A stretch of 64,000 bases of DNA, taken from the NCBI GenBank assembly GCA_951406725.2, contig OX597817.1, positions 42,098,001 to 42,162,000 on the forward strand, read 5' to 3'. The DNA is from Octopus vulgaris (lineage: Eukaryota). The notes below the pieces were generated by a model. That model was not told where the DNA came from, did no database searches, and saw only the letters and a list, made by a program, of their open reading frames with translations. Both the position numbers and the translations under genes were made by a program. This document shows positions 40,376 through 53,476 of the stretch, piece by piece; positions within the stretch are counted from its first letter, which is position 1; each line of letters opens with the position of its first letter.

Positions 40376-40714
40376 CAGATGTCAAGTCCTCATTAAAGGC
40401 CTGTGATATGCAGGAGACTGACTGGGAGAACAATGCCTGTCATCGCCACAGATGGAAGAAGCAGGTTAAGGAGGGGATCGACACTTTTGGGAGAGCATGT
40501 ATTCTGCATGAAGAACTTAAGCGTGCTGTGTGAAAGTGCACGGCTGGTATAGTGAATGGGGAAAGCTTGATTTGCAATGTTGTGTATGCTTGTCAAGGGC
40601 AGGGCTCATTAGCCACCAACAGAGCCGCAAATGCAAAATATAAGTCCTCGAGCACACAATGTTCCTGAAGGTCAGCAATGGTCTTCCTCGGTCACGAGTG
40701 GATGGCCATCATCA
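40376..40714 (+). pseudogene. 3' end of a different RTE lineage (BovB/AviRTE-like C-terminus)
   Basis: DVKSSLKACDM..DWENNACHRHRWKKQVKEGIDTF..ELKRAV, decayed C..C..SRAGLISH zinc finger, tail ggatggccatcatca. Confidence 0.7.
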
Positions 40715-42219
40715 TACAGATGTACAGTAGCAAAGATGGATGTCAGAGGTACAAAGGGTTGCTATAACAACTGGGATATAAAGGCAGAGACAGACCATAG
40801 ACAGAAGATATGCTGGGAGGATGAGAATGATAACAAAAAAAGAGATTGTGTTAAAGATAAGGTAATGATAGTTGTAAGATATATCTCAAGGAAGCACAGA
40901 AATGGATGACTGATGGAATATGAAGAGGAAAGGTTTGATATTGCAACTGAGGAATGGATTTTAAAAGGGAGTAGTTCCAAGGAGGGGCTTGAGGGAGAAT
41001 ATAATTGGTGGCACAAAGGTGGATGGAATACATGCATATTCTACTCTCATATGATTACAAATGAATAGTGCCATACTTAGAAGGGTGAAGGGATGATGGG
41101 AGGTGGGGAAGGTTTGACTGGGTCAGACAAATATATGTGTGTGCGTGTCTCTGTATTTATAGAGAAATATCTATATGTGTGTATATATTTACGCACACAC
41201 ATACACACACACACGTGCTTAGCCATTATTGCAAGCAAATATGGCCTGATAGCAGAGAGAGAGAGAGAGGGAGGGAAAAAATTAATTGGAGGACAACAGG
41301 AAGGGCTAAAAGCCAATGAGAAATGTTATTCTGTAAAGGTGAGTCAAAAAGGTAGTTTGTGATAGTTATGTAAATGCGTGTGTCAGTGTGTGTGTGTGTG
41401 TGTTTGTATGTGTGTATGCATGTGGAAGCAGATAAAGGATAGTATGGTGCTTGTATGTGTGTATGTATATGCGTAGAAATGCGTAAATTTGAGAGCATTT
41501 GTTAGGGAGAGGGTGAAGGAGTAGCCAACATGTGCCCAATTATTAAAGAGGTTATGTAAAAGCATGTGTGAGGCTTTGTAAACTTGTGTATGGAACTAAA
41601 TGTATTGCAGCTGTGGTGCAGGAGGCTGTGGAGAGGATGAACGCAATGAGAACGGTTATTGTTGCATGTAATTCAAAAGAGAATTATGGTGGAAGAGTAT
41701 AATTTTGTGTGGTGTGTGTGGGGGTAAGTGACAGCAACACAAGGAACTCAAGAAGCAAACAATTAAATCAAGGAATAAAAAAAACAAAATCCAAGATGGT
41801 AAGAGTCCAAGAGCATATATCCAAGAATATGCACACAAAAAATGAAAGTGTTGGAAAGTATCTGACCTGCAGGTTGGAGTGATAGAAGGCAGCCAACAGA
41901 AGGAGGAGCAAATGACATTAAGGTTCTATTTTGAGAAGGGAGATATGATTAATGGAAGGCAGCAACCAAAAAAATGAATGCAAAGGTGTGTTGGGAGTCT
42001 AAGTGGTGAATAGGGGTCAGCAGTTGTCAATCAGTTGTGAGACAAGTAGAAGAGGATGTAAGCAGAAATGTGTGATTCACAGGTGCAAATTAATGCATGT
42101 TTTGTCAATGAATAAGTGTGCGAGTGTGTGTATGTATGTATGCAAGTGTGTGTGTGTGTTATCTTTTTTTATCTCTTTTGCTTGTTTCAGTCATGTATGT
42201 ATGTATGTATGTATGTATG

Positions 42220-42253
<34 letters not shown>

Positions 42254-42265
42254 TATATGTATATA

Positions 42266-42321
<56 letters not shown>

Positions 42322-42323
<2 letters not shown>

Positions 42324-43567
42324 GGGGTTGAATGAAATAATGGAAACACCTGGAAACACCTAGCATCATAGCTTCATAATTTTGAAATATCTATAAAACC
42401 ATTAAAAGCTTGTTTATTTTTATGCCTTTTGATTTATCATTAGTGTTGCTTAATATGTTTTGCTAAAATTGCTGTTTCTTTTCAGATATCATCAGAAAAA
42501 AGGTAATTAAAATTCATTAAAATGACAGATCTATCAGACTTTCAAAGAGGTCAAATTGTTGGTGCTCATATGGCAGGCACTAGCGTAATGAAAACAGCCA
42601 AAATGTTTGGTGTATCAAGAAGTACCGTCTCAAAATTAATGACAGCCTTTGAGAAAGAGGGAAAAACCTCCTTGTTGAAACAAAACTCCAGAAAAAAAAA
42701 ACAAAGCTTTCAGATAGGGACCATCAGACTCTTACATAAATTGTTAGAAAGGATCACAAAAATACTGCAGAATTTAATAACCACCTTGAGAACCCAGTTT
42801 CCATAAAAACTGTTCGCCGGGAGCTGCACAAATCTGGATTTCATGGGAGAGCTGCAATCAGAAAACCACTACTTTCAAAAACAAACGTTGCAAAGTATTT
42901 AGAGTGGAGTAAAAAACCACAGAATTGGTCCTCAGAGCAGTGGAAGGATGCTATTTTCTCAGACAAATTATCCTTAACCTTATTTCTGAGCATACATGTG
43001 GAAACAGCCAAAAGAAGCATTTGATCCAGACTGCCTTCTTCCAACTGTTAAACACGGAGGAGGATCTGTGATGATTTGGGGGCTATATCTTGGAAATCTG
43101 CTAGCCCAGGGGTTTCCCTTCATAGCAAAATTAGTAGTCAAGACCATTTAAGCATTTTATCTTATCAAATTGATCCTATAGTTGCGAAACTGTTTCCAGA
43201 GGGAAACTCAATCTTTCAGGATAATAATGCACCAATTCACACAGCTAAAGTTGTTACCGAATGGCACAAGGAGCATTCTAGTGAAGTCTGGCCACTACAG
43301 TCCCCAGATCTCAGTATTATTGAACATTTATGGGGCATTTTAGAAAAACAAGTAAAGAGTTGATATCTTCCACCATCATCACTACAAGAACTGGAGACTA
43401 TTTTAGCTGAAGAATGGACAAAAATTCCTTTGAAAACAATTCAAACTTTGTACAAGTCCATACCTCATAGAATTCAAGCTGTAATTACTGCCAAAAATGA
43501 TCCTGCCCATATTAAAATTAATTTATTTGAAATTTTGAGGTGTTACCATTATTTTGTCCAACCCCTG
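42322..43567 (+). mobile_element. Defective Tc1-family DNA transposon
   Basis: TIR caggggttg..aaataatggaaacacc / ggtgttaccattattttgtccaacccctg-TA. Transposase pieces MTDLSDFQRGQIVG, KTVRRELH, TVKHGGGSVMIWG, FQDNNAPIH, WPLQSPDLSIIEHLW; frameshifts and deletions. Confidence 0.95.
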
Positions 43568-44087
43568 TATATATATATACTTTCGTATATAATAGTGTAT
43601 AAATAATTTATGTATTTATGCATGGAAGAGGTGACCTTTGATGGGACACCTTACATACTAAATATGTAAATTGTTTATACACTATCATATATGTATATAT
43701 GTTGTCTATTGACTTTATTACACATGCTAGTGTAAATAAATTTGTTTGAAATTTTAAGGTGTTTCTATTATTTTGCTTCCTCCCAGTTGGTTCAGCCTCA
43801 CCACTTCATCTCACATCTTCCTGGGTCTCCTTCTTCCACGGGTACCATCCACTTTCATTATTTTTCCCAACCCCTATATATATCATCATCATCATCATCA
43901 TCATTTAACATCCATTTTCCATGCTGGCATGAGTGGATGACACCTGTGGAAGAGGAACACCCAGGGAGACACAAGATGAAGTAGTGAGGGCTGATCTCAG
44001 GGTGTTAGGTCTTGTGGAGGAAATGACAATGGACCAAGATGTCTGGCAATATAAGGTTCTTGAGAAGACCCGCCCTTCTTCAAGTCA

Positions 44088-45060
44088 TGTCATTACTTCT
44101 CTGCATTGAGAGGTCACAGCTCTGGCACTAGATTAGAATGTTGCAGGAGAAGATTGTAAGATGGATTCTTCAAGCTGAACCAACTGGGAGGAGGCATAGG
44201 GATAAATGAAGAATGTGGTGGATAATGTCCATTACCTCAGTTTAGGGATCCAACAGGAAAGAGTAATTAATGATGGTTGCCTCTGATAGGACCCTATGGA
44301 AAAGGAATCCAAAGATTCTATTGCTATGATTCCCCCAAGAATATTGGGCAGAGAAAATGGATAGATAGACCATACCATCATATTTTTAGGACTAAAGAAG
44401 TGCTGATCATTGAAAGTGGATGGTACCCGTGGAAGAAGGAAACCCAGGAAGACATGGGATGAAGTGGTGAAAGTCGATCTCAAGGTGTTGGGCCTTATGG
44501 AGGAAATGACAATGGACCATGATGTCTGGTGATATGAGGTTCTTGAGAAGACCTGCCAACATCCATGAAACTGAGTTGCAAAAGCACTGTGTTCCACCCA
44601 CAAGCAACAATAAAACATTTTGCACACCCTACCCCAACAAACTAAACTACATCTCCTCTCTTCCTCACATTTCCTCTTTCATGTGCTATGATATCTCTCA
44701 CTGCCCTACTCACTGTATCATTGTTATCACATAGACTCCCATCCCCTCTGTATACTCAGGTTTCCACCAATCATTGCATTCCCCACCCTCACTCCCTACT
44801 CACGCTTCTTTGATAATACCCTGCCATTTATATTATGACTTCTGTTCCATACCAAAACTGATCTCAACTGTGCTTGTGCCATGTAAAAAGCACTCCATAA
44901 ACTCTGCTGGATGGTTGGTGTTAGGAAGGGCATCCAGCCATAAAAACTATGCCAAAACAGACGCAGAAGTCTGGTGGAGTCTTCAGCCTGGCCAGCTCCT
45001 GACAAACTGTCCAACCCATGCCAGAATGGAAGGCAGACATTAAATGATGATGATGATGAT
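44088..45060 (+). mobile_element. Composite RTE-derived element (two different RTE C-terminal remnants, long 3' UTR, common tail)
   Basis: RMLQEKI..AEPTGRR..W.DN piece followed by [19 protein letters not shown] piece; homologous to 59703-61297 (inverted). Confidence 0.75.
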
Positions 45061-45188
45061 GAGAGAGAGAGAGAGAAAGTGAGAGAGAAATGCAAGTAAT
45101 ATAGGTATATTAAATGCCATACAATATAAATTCTTGATTTATTTATTAAAGTTATCTCTGCTACTACATGATAATGTACCATAGTTAC

Positions 45189-45316
45189 CAAATGGTAATT
45201 AAGACAAGTTGCACTTGAAAAGGGAAGAAAGTCTCAAGAATGAAAAATTCTCCAAATGTCAGAGAATTCCTGATTCTTGTGATTAATGCCATTAAGGAAG
45301 AGGACAGGCTTATTAC
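45189..45316 (-). CDS. Candidate internal exon (128 nt): VISLSSSLMALITRIRNSLTFGEFFILETFFPFQVQLVLITI(W)
   Basis: Polypyrimidine cctttttaccactgtcctcttgttgcCAG acceptor, donor TG|GTAACT, only one open frame, hydrophobic. Weak HACD/PTPLA-like spacing. May instead be non-coding. Confidence 0.3.
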
Positions 45317-45367
45317 CTGGCAACAAGAGGACAGTGGTAAAAAGGTGAACTTTAAAACAATGATGAT

Positions 45368-45399
<32 letters not shown>

Positions 45400-45927
45400 C
45401 GGCGGTGAGGAGAAGGGGGAGGGGAGCAGAGAAGGGGGGACAGATGGCAGCAGGGGAAGAAGAGGATGTGAGGAGGAAGCAGGGAGGGCGCGGGGAAGGG
45501 ACGGAGGGGAAGGATGATGAGGAGGAGGCAGGGAGGAGACTGCAGCAGAGGTAGGGACGGAGGAGGAGGCAGAGGACCATACACCATTAGCTCATCACTA
45601 TAAAAGATTGCATCCATTGCGAATTTGAGAACCAAGAAGGCTATTCTCATTAAATATGTAACCACCAACCCCACCCACTCCTCCTTGAATAACCAAAAGG
45701 AATTAACAAGACATTAATTGGTTAATATAACACCACTAATTTATGCGTGTCACACCATTAGTCTTCTAACCGCATTTATCTATGGTTATCGAAATGATGT
45801 TCCACTCTCCTCACTTCAAGTTTAGGGTTTTGTTCAGTCAAAATATTTGAATAAGTTCAAGAGTAAATTTTTACTTATATCTTTCTTCCTTTATGTCTAA
45901 CTGAATATTTGTTACGGCTTTCACAAT

Positions 45928-46303
45928 CAGTGGTTGTGTGGTAAGTAGCTTGCTTACCAACCACATGGTTCTGGGTTCAGTTCCACTACGTGGCACCTTG
46001 GGCAAGTGTCTTCTACTATAGCCTCGGGCCGACCAAAGCCTTGTGAGTGGCTTTGGTAGACGGAAAGTGAAAGAAACCCGTTGTATATATGTATATTTGT
46101 GCGTGTGTATGTTTGTGTGTCTGTGTTTGTCCCCCCAACATCGCTTGAAAACCGTTGCTGGCATGTTTACGTCTCCTAGCGGTTCGGCAAAAGAGACCGA
46201 TAAGAATAGGTACTAGGCTTACAAAAAATAAGTCCTGGGGTCGATTTGCTCAGCTAAAGGCGGTGCTCTAGCATGGCCGCAATCTTGACTGAAACAAGTA
46301 AAG
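45928..46303 (+). mobile_element. SINE family B, near full length
   Basis: A/B boxes, CORE-like motif, tail gactgaaacaagtaaaag. Confidence 0.9.
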
Positions 46304-46504
46304 AATATATGTGTGTGTGTGTGTGTGTATATGTATATGTATAGGTACCTATATATATATATTCACCCATTCACCCATTCACCCATTCACAATGCTTCAA
46401 ACAAAATGACATAACACGGATATGTGTGTGTGTGAGACTGTGTATGTATATATATATATATTTGTGTTCATATACATATGTTTATATGTATGTATGTATA
46501 TTTG

Positions 46505-46690
46505 TATGAAGGGAGAGAATTCACAAAGACAGGTGGTGTAGACAACAAACAGGTGTATGAGTTTAACGCTCAGAAAGTGAAGAAGTCTTTAACGTTTCGA
46601 GCCTATACTCTTCCACAGAAAGGAACACAGAAAGAAACAAGAAGAGAAAATAAAGAATGTGTAGTGGCTAGTGATCTATCATGGTGAATA
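46505..46690 (-). mobile_element. Probable Penelope terminal-repeat-derived fragment with minimal hammerhead-like motif (46585-46622)
   Basis: Minus strand cttt-CTGTGGA-a-gag-tatagg-ctc-GAAAC-GTT-aaag. Confidence 0.5.
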
Positions 46691-46699
46691 TGTATGTAT

Positions 46700-47553
46700 A
46701 TGTGTAGATTTGTTTTATGTATGTATTCTCATGCATATAGTTACATATCTAGAAATGCTCATATATAATTTAAATGATAAAGTTCTGGAAAGTTTTACAG
46801 ATTTTTTACACTTCCAGTGATGGACTGGATTTGTAGTTTTCGAACTAGCTTTCTCCTTTCTGGTTTTGAGAAGCCTAATTTCTCAAGATTGGTATTTAGG
46901 CAATATGTTACATATCTCAGGGCCCCAATAATTCTTTTCTTCTCTTGGTACAAGGCCCAAAACTTTTGGAGGAGGGTGCCAGTTGATTAGATTAATCACA
47001 GTACACAACAGGTACTTAATTTATTGACCCTAAACTGATTGAAGGCAACGTTGACTTTGGCGGAATTTGAACTCAGAACATAAAGACAGACAAAATACCG
47101 CAAAGCATTTCGCCCGGCGTGCTAACATTTCTGCCAGCTCACCACCTCAGCAAGGCCCCAATAATTACTGGTATAAACCTGAACTTGTAACCTGGATAGA
47201 GTAACTAAAAATTTCTCAATAGTTCAGAATAGATATTCTCTTTTTCACTGATCTTCAGCTTTATGTTAACATCCACTGGGCAGCTAATTTCCACAACTGT
47301 GTACAGTTTCTCTTCTCTATCCCAAATCAATATATCAGGTCTATTGTGCTTACATTTTATTGAGTTCTTCACTGAGACAGTCCACCAGTACTTCTTTTTA
47401 TTATGGGTGGCTATGGCTTCTACCATACTGTGGGTTCTTATTTCTTTGTCCTCGAAGTTATCCTTTCAACAGATTTCATTATAGATTGTCCCATCTGCAA
47501 CATCATGTCTCATCGACAGATAATACCATGATGACATTTTCAGACAACCGCCT
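46700..47553 (-). pseudogene. RLE non-LTR retrotransposon fragment bounded by (CATA)n
   Basis: YWWTVSVK..CKHNRPDILIWD..VVEISCPVD..EKENIYSELL..FRFIPVIIGA|LRYVT..GSVKIC; split by a SINE. Confidence 0.85.
46934..47153 (-). mobile_element. SINE family A monomer inserted in the RLE ORF
   Basis: 13-bp TSD ggccccaataatt at 46921-46933 and 47154-47166. Confidence 0.92.
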
Positions 47554-47556
47554 ATG

Positions 47557-47587
<31 letters not shown>

Positions 47588-47800
47588 TGTATGTATGTAT
47601 GTGTGTATGTATGTATGTGTGTATGTGTGTATGTATGTATGTATGTATGTGTGTGTATGTATGTATGTATGTATGTGTGTGTGTGTGTATGTATATGTGT
47701 GTATGTGTATGTATGTATGTGTGTATGTATGTATGTATGTGTGTGTATATGTGTGTGTATGTATGGGTGTATGTATGTATGTATGTATGTGTGTATGTAT
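47554..47800. repeat. (TATG)n/(TG)n microsatellite
   Basis: Directly visible. Confidence 0.95.
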
Positions 47801-47920
47801 ATAACGTACTTAATTTTCTATCATATATTCATGTTTTACATGAGTTTCCCTAGAATATTAATAACATCTACATAAGAATGTAAATGTACTTGTGTTAACA
47901 AATGTTTGTATTAGTTAATG

Positions 47921-47953
<33 letters not shown>

Positions 47954-48562
47954 CATATGCACATGCATACATGCACATACACACAAATACATATTCACAC
48001 ACACACATAGAGACACAGACACAAATAGATACATACACACACTCAAACACACTCACATACAGTCATATGCACACAGATTTACTAAGTCATGTTGCATTGG
48101 TAAATGTCTGCTACATAATTTAATTTTACTTTCAATATATTCAATTTGAAAATAGATATTCTATGATTAACTCATTCTAAAAAGACACTTACACACACAC
48201 ACACACACACATACACACACATATACACACAAATGCATATGCGTGTCTGTGTGTGTGTGTGTAGATACATATATAAAAAAATATATATATGCATGTATGT
48301 GTCTATGTATGTATATATACATACACACACAGACGTACATACACATGTTTGTGTGATAGAATACAAACACAGATACAAAGATATAAGCATATATAAATAT
48401 AAATGTGTGTGTGTATCTATATATATATGTATGTACGTATGTATGTATGTATGTATGTATGTATGATAGATAGATGGATAGATAGATAGATAGATAAACA
48501 GTCAGATAGCCAGCTAACTAGCTAGATATATAGATGAATGTAGGTAGACAGGTAGATATATA

Positions 48563-48787
48563 TATTTCTTTACTACCCACAAGGGGCTAAACAAAGAGGG
48601 GACAAACAAAGACAGACAAATGGATTAAGTCGATTACATCGACCCCAGTGCATAACTGGTACTTAATTTATCGACCCCAAAAGGATGAAAGGCAAAGTCG
48701 ACCTTGGTGGAATTTGAACCCAGAACGTAACGGCAGACGAAATACAGCTACGCATTTTTCCTGGTGTACTAACATTTCTGCCAGCTT
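48563..48787 (-). mobile_element. SINE family A monomer
   Basis: TSD gacaggtagatatata at 48547 and 48788. Confidence 0.9.
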
Positions 48788-48835
48788 GACAGGTAGATAT
48801 ATATTGATGTAGATACACAGATAGATATACATATA

Positions 48836-49205
48836 TCGTCGTTTAACGTCCGCTTTCCATGTTGGCATGGGTTGGACAGTTTGACTGAGGACTGGTGAAC
48901 CAGATGGCTGTACCAGGCTCCTATCTGATCTGGCAAAATTTCTACAGCTGTATGCCCTTCCTAACGCCAACCACTCCAAGAGTGTAGTGGGTGCTTTTAT
49001 GTGCCACTGGCATGAGGGCCAGTGAGGCAGTTCTGGCAACAACCATACTCAAAAGGTGTTTTTTACATGCTACCTGCATGGGAGCCAGTCCAGCAATGAC
49101 CACACTCAAATGTTGTTTTTCGTATGCCACCAGCACATGTGCCGGTAAGGCGACGCTGGCTATGATCACGCTCAGATGTGCTTTTAACGTTCCACTGGCA
49201 TGAGT
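48836..49205 (-). mobile_element. Solo RTE 3' tail
   Basis: Same tail and modules as 37441. Confidence 0.85.
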
Positions 49206-49232
49206 GGTAATCAGGCGCTACTGTTATTGGCC

Positions 49233-49289
<57 letters not shown>

Positions 49290-49292
49290 TTT

Positions 49293-49705
49293 AGATCGTA
49301 GGGTGACCTGCTGTGCTTCAGGAGACCTATTGAGTCAAGTACATCAACATCAAAATAAATATTAAATAGAAATTGTAGTTGTGATACCTGTGCTGGTGGC
49401 AGGTAAAAAGCAACATCCGAACATCACCGATGCCAGCGCCGCCTTCACTGGCTTCTGTGCTAGTGGCACATGAAAAGCACCAACTGATCGTGGCCGCTGC
49501 CAGCTTCCCCCGGCACCTGTGCTGGTGGCACATAAAGGGCACCCACTACACTCATGGAGTGGTTAGCGTTAGGAAAGGCATCCAGCTGTAGAAACACTGC
49601 CAGATCAGACTGGAGCCTGGTGCAGCCTCCTGGCTTCCCAGACCCCGGTCGAACCGTCCAACCTGTGCTAGCATGGAAAACGGATGTTAAACGATGATGA
49701 TGATG

Positions 49706-49707
<2 letters not shown>
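49293..49707 (+). mobile_element. RTE 3' UTR fragment, inverted relative to its neighbour
   Basis: Reverse complement of the 18622-19100 tail (ggagacct.ttgagt.aagtacat..gttaaacgatgatgatg). Confidence 0.88.
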
Positions 49708-49744
<37 letters not shown>

Positions 49745-49799
49745 TGTATGTATATATAAATACATATATATTTATATATAATAATAATAATAATAATAA

Positions 49800-49992
49800 A
49801 ATTTTAGAAGAAACACATAATTTTCTTATGGTTTCTTAAACATTCTCTAGAGCAACACATTGTACAAAACCAAATGTATAGCATCTTAGGCATAATACCA
49901 CGATGAACTTCTAACTTGTCTCTTCAGGTCTCTGGGTGTGACTTGGGGTCAACTTTTACAAATGTAAAGCAAAAGTCAAACACAGAATAATA
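49800..49992 (+). mobile_element. Probable 3' end of another (TAA)n-associated RLE element
   Basis: Starts after (TAA)n, contains aggtctctgggtgtgacttgg resembling the 27057 3' UTR, ends cagaataataa. Confidence 0.4.
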
Positions 49993-50088
49993 AAAACACT
50001 AATATACACATATGCATACAAACAGCATGCACATACAGATATACAGACAGACAGACAAACAGATCAAAAGATACTGTAGATTAGATAT

Positions 50089-50165
<77 letters not shown>

Positions 50166-51090
50166 GGAGCTACACTGCAGGTGAAATTACACAGGTACAA
50201 AGGAAACTTTTTTCATTTGGCTATGCCTCATTTCTATTAAATTACCTAATTATTATTTAAAAAAACAAGATATTCCTGAGTTCTTTTAGTTACATTAAGA
50301 AATGTTATCTAAACATGGAACTCTTTAAAGAACACATCTTGTTTTGATGAAGACTAAGCTCTGTTTGTTGACATGATATAAACCCAAAATTGGATTGTCA
50401 TTTTAATTTTTATAAGAATATCATTCTTTTGAAAAGTTTAATAGAGTAGGACAATGTAAGTGGAAATGTAAATGAGTTCAAAGAAGTTAATGAAAAATCA
50501 ACAAAACAAAAACAAAAACAAAAAACAAAAACAAAGTGTTATATATGGAAGAACCAAAATCAAATGGAAACTGGTAAAAGCATTTTCCATTCACATTTTG
50601 TCATCATCATCATCATCACCACCACTGTCACCACCATTGTTGTCATTGTCATCATCATCATCATCATCATCATCATCAGTCACATGGAAAAGGACCCATT
50701 CTGAGTTCAAGTCATACTGAAGTCAACTTTGACCTTTCTGTTAGCATTAATTACACAAAGTAGCAGTCAAGTACTGGGGTTATTTTAATTGACTATATTC
50801 TTTGTGGCTTTATTCCAGCTTTTGGAAACCAGTATCATATTTCAGTCGAAGAAAGTGGATGGACAAATCACTAGTGCACCTCATCAAATATTATACATGC
50901 TTGAAACAACATCATCATCGTCATCATCTTTTAACATTCATCTTCCATACATCCATGGGTAGGACGATTGACAATAACCAGCCAGGTTGAAGAGTACCCA
51001 AGACTACTGAGTCTATTTTGGCACAGGGCTTTTACGGTTGGATGCTCTTCCTAACACCAAACAGGTTATATAACAATGTGTACAACATTG

Positions 51091-51174
<84 letters not shown>

Positions 51175-51747
51175 CACACAAATGTTACATTTTGTGCCAA
51201 AGAAACTTCCCTTAAGAGATTCTGTTTATTATAAACACAGACCTCATTTGTGGGTGAAATTAATGGATCTCTTGACACTGATGTTTTGGTGTGATTTAGC
51301 CTCCTCGGTAACAAAATCCTGCTTGTTTTGAACCAGGTCAGAGCTTTTGATTGTTTGTTGTTCCTATTTAGCCCCAAATCACTGACTGACCAGCAGATTT
51401 ATGATAAAAATGTGATCTGGCTATGACCACTGTATCTTATGTATATTCAAAACAATATTGTCTACTGTATCCTTCTTTATTTTATTTTAGAGAAGAGAGG
51501 GGGAATTATTTATTTTATTTTATTTAACAGTATAGTTGCTTCACTATAATGCCATTGGCTATAGTTTTTCAGTGGGCCAATTCTGGTTTACAGCTTTCTT
51601 GATGATGAGAGTGACAAGGGAGTGGCTGATATTTGGTGCAGAATAAATATTATTAAACATTTTGTCCAAAATGCACTGATTTTTCAATTTTCTTGCAAAC
51701 ATGCATGTGCACATGCATGCTCATATATATTGATTGATTGCTTAATC

Positions 51748-51774
51748 AATAGATAGATAGATAGATGGATGAAG

Positions 51775-51857
<83 letters not shown>

Positions 51858-52028
51858 GAATGGATGGCTGGATGGATGGCTGGATGGATGGCTGCTGGCT
51901 GGCTGGATGGATGGATGGATGGCTGGCTGGGTGGATGGATGGATAGATAGATAGATAGGTAGGCAGACAGGCAGGCAGGCAGATAGGTATGTATTTATGT
52001 AGGTAGATAGGTAGGTAGATAGATAGAC

Positions 52029-52100
<72 letters not shown>

Positions 52101-52358
52101 GGATAGATGGATGGATGGATGGATGGATGAATGGGTAGATGGATAGATGGATGGATGGATAGATAGGTAGGTAGGTAGGTAGGCAGGCAGGCAGATAGGT
52201 AGATATGTAGGTAGGTAGGTAGGTAGATAGATAAGTAGGTAAATAGATAGATAGGTAGATAGATAGGTAAGTAGGTAGGTATGCAGCCAGGCAGGCAGAC
52301 AGGTAGATATGTAGGTAGGTATGTATGTAGGTAGGTAGGTAGGTAGACAGATAGGTAT
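51748..52358. repeat. Compound tetranucleotide tract (GATA/GATG/GTAG/GCAG)
   Basis: Directly visible. Confidence 0.95.
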
Positions 52359-53070
52359 TGTTACTCAAATGCCTGAATAAGAAAATCATTGTAAGTTGAG
52401 AAGGGAAAGCCACACACTGGATATTCTGGATATTGTACTCCATCTTCATTCAATCCAAGGGAAAATATACAGAACAGAACAAAGCACTGCATAAGGTCTT
52501 CAATCACTTTCAGCTAGCCATGTACCAAATCCACTCACTGAGCTTTGCCAGCCCAGGACTATAGAAGACACTTACCCAAGGGGCCACACAGTGGGACTGA
52601 AACCAAAACCCATAGAGGCTGGGAAGCAATCTTACCCTACAAAAATCAAGCTTCTTATCGAAGGCAGAAATCAATATCATATTTCTTCTACTGTTCAGTT
52701 AAATTTGTTTCTGTATTTATGCTGATTATCTTAAAAGCTTCAAGTAGTGTGGTGTTAATTCTGTTCTTTAATGCCACACTTGATGCTTGTTTTTTATGTT
52801 ACAAGAATTATTAATCATTATTTGTTGTTGTTGTTGTTGTTGTTGTGTTAACACTACACCTGACTTGATTCTAAAGAAACTCATCACTCATGTATTCTTG
52901 TTCTTCATGCTACAAGTGTTGGCCAACAGTTTTGCTTTACATGGAACAAGTGTTGTTAAGAGGGGATGTTTTTTTTTGTTTTTTTGTTTTTTTTTATATT
53001 CTACAAGTGCCTAGTTTTCTATCATGTGTTTTTATTTTTGTTGCTCTTAATAATTGATGGCTGATAATTT

Positions 53071-53476
<406 letters not shown>

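Noticed and set aside
41656-41866. Hydrophobic minus-strand ORF after a ctgcag acceptor
   Set aside because: Lies in a long purine-skewed region where F/L/S-rich frames arise by composition; no motif support.
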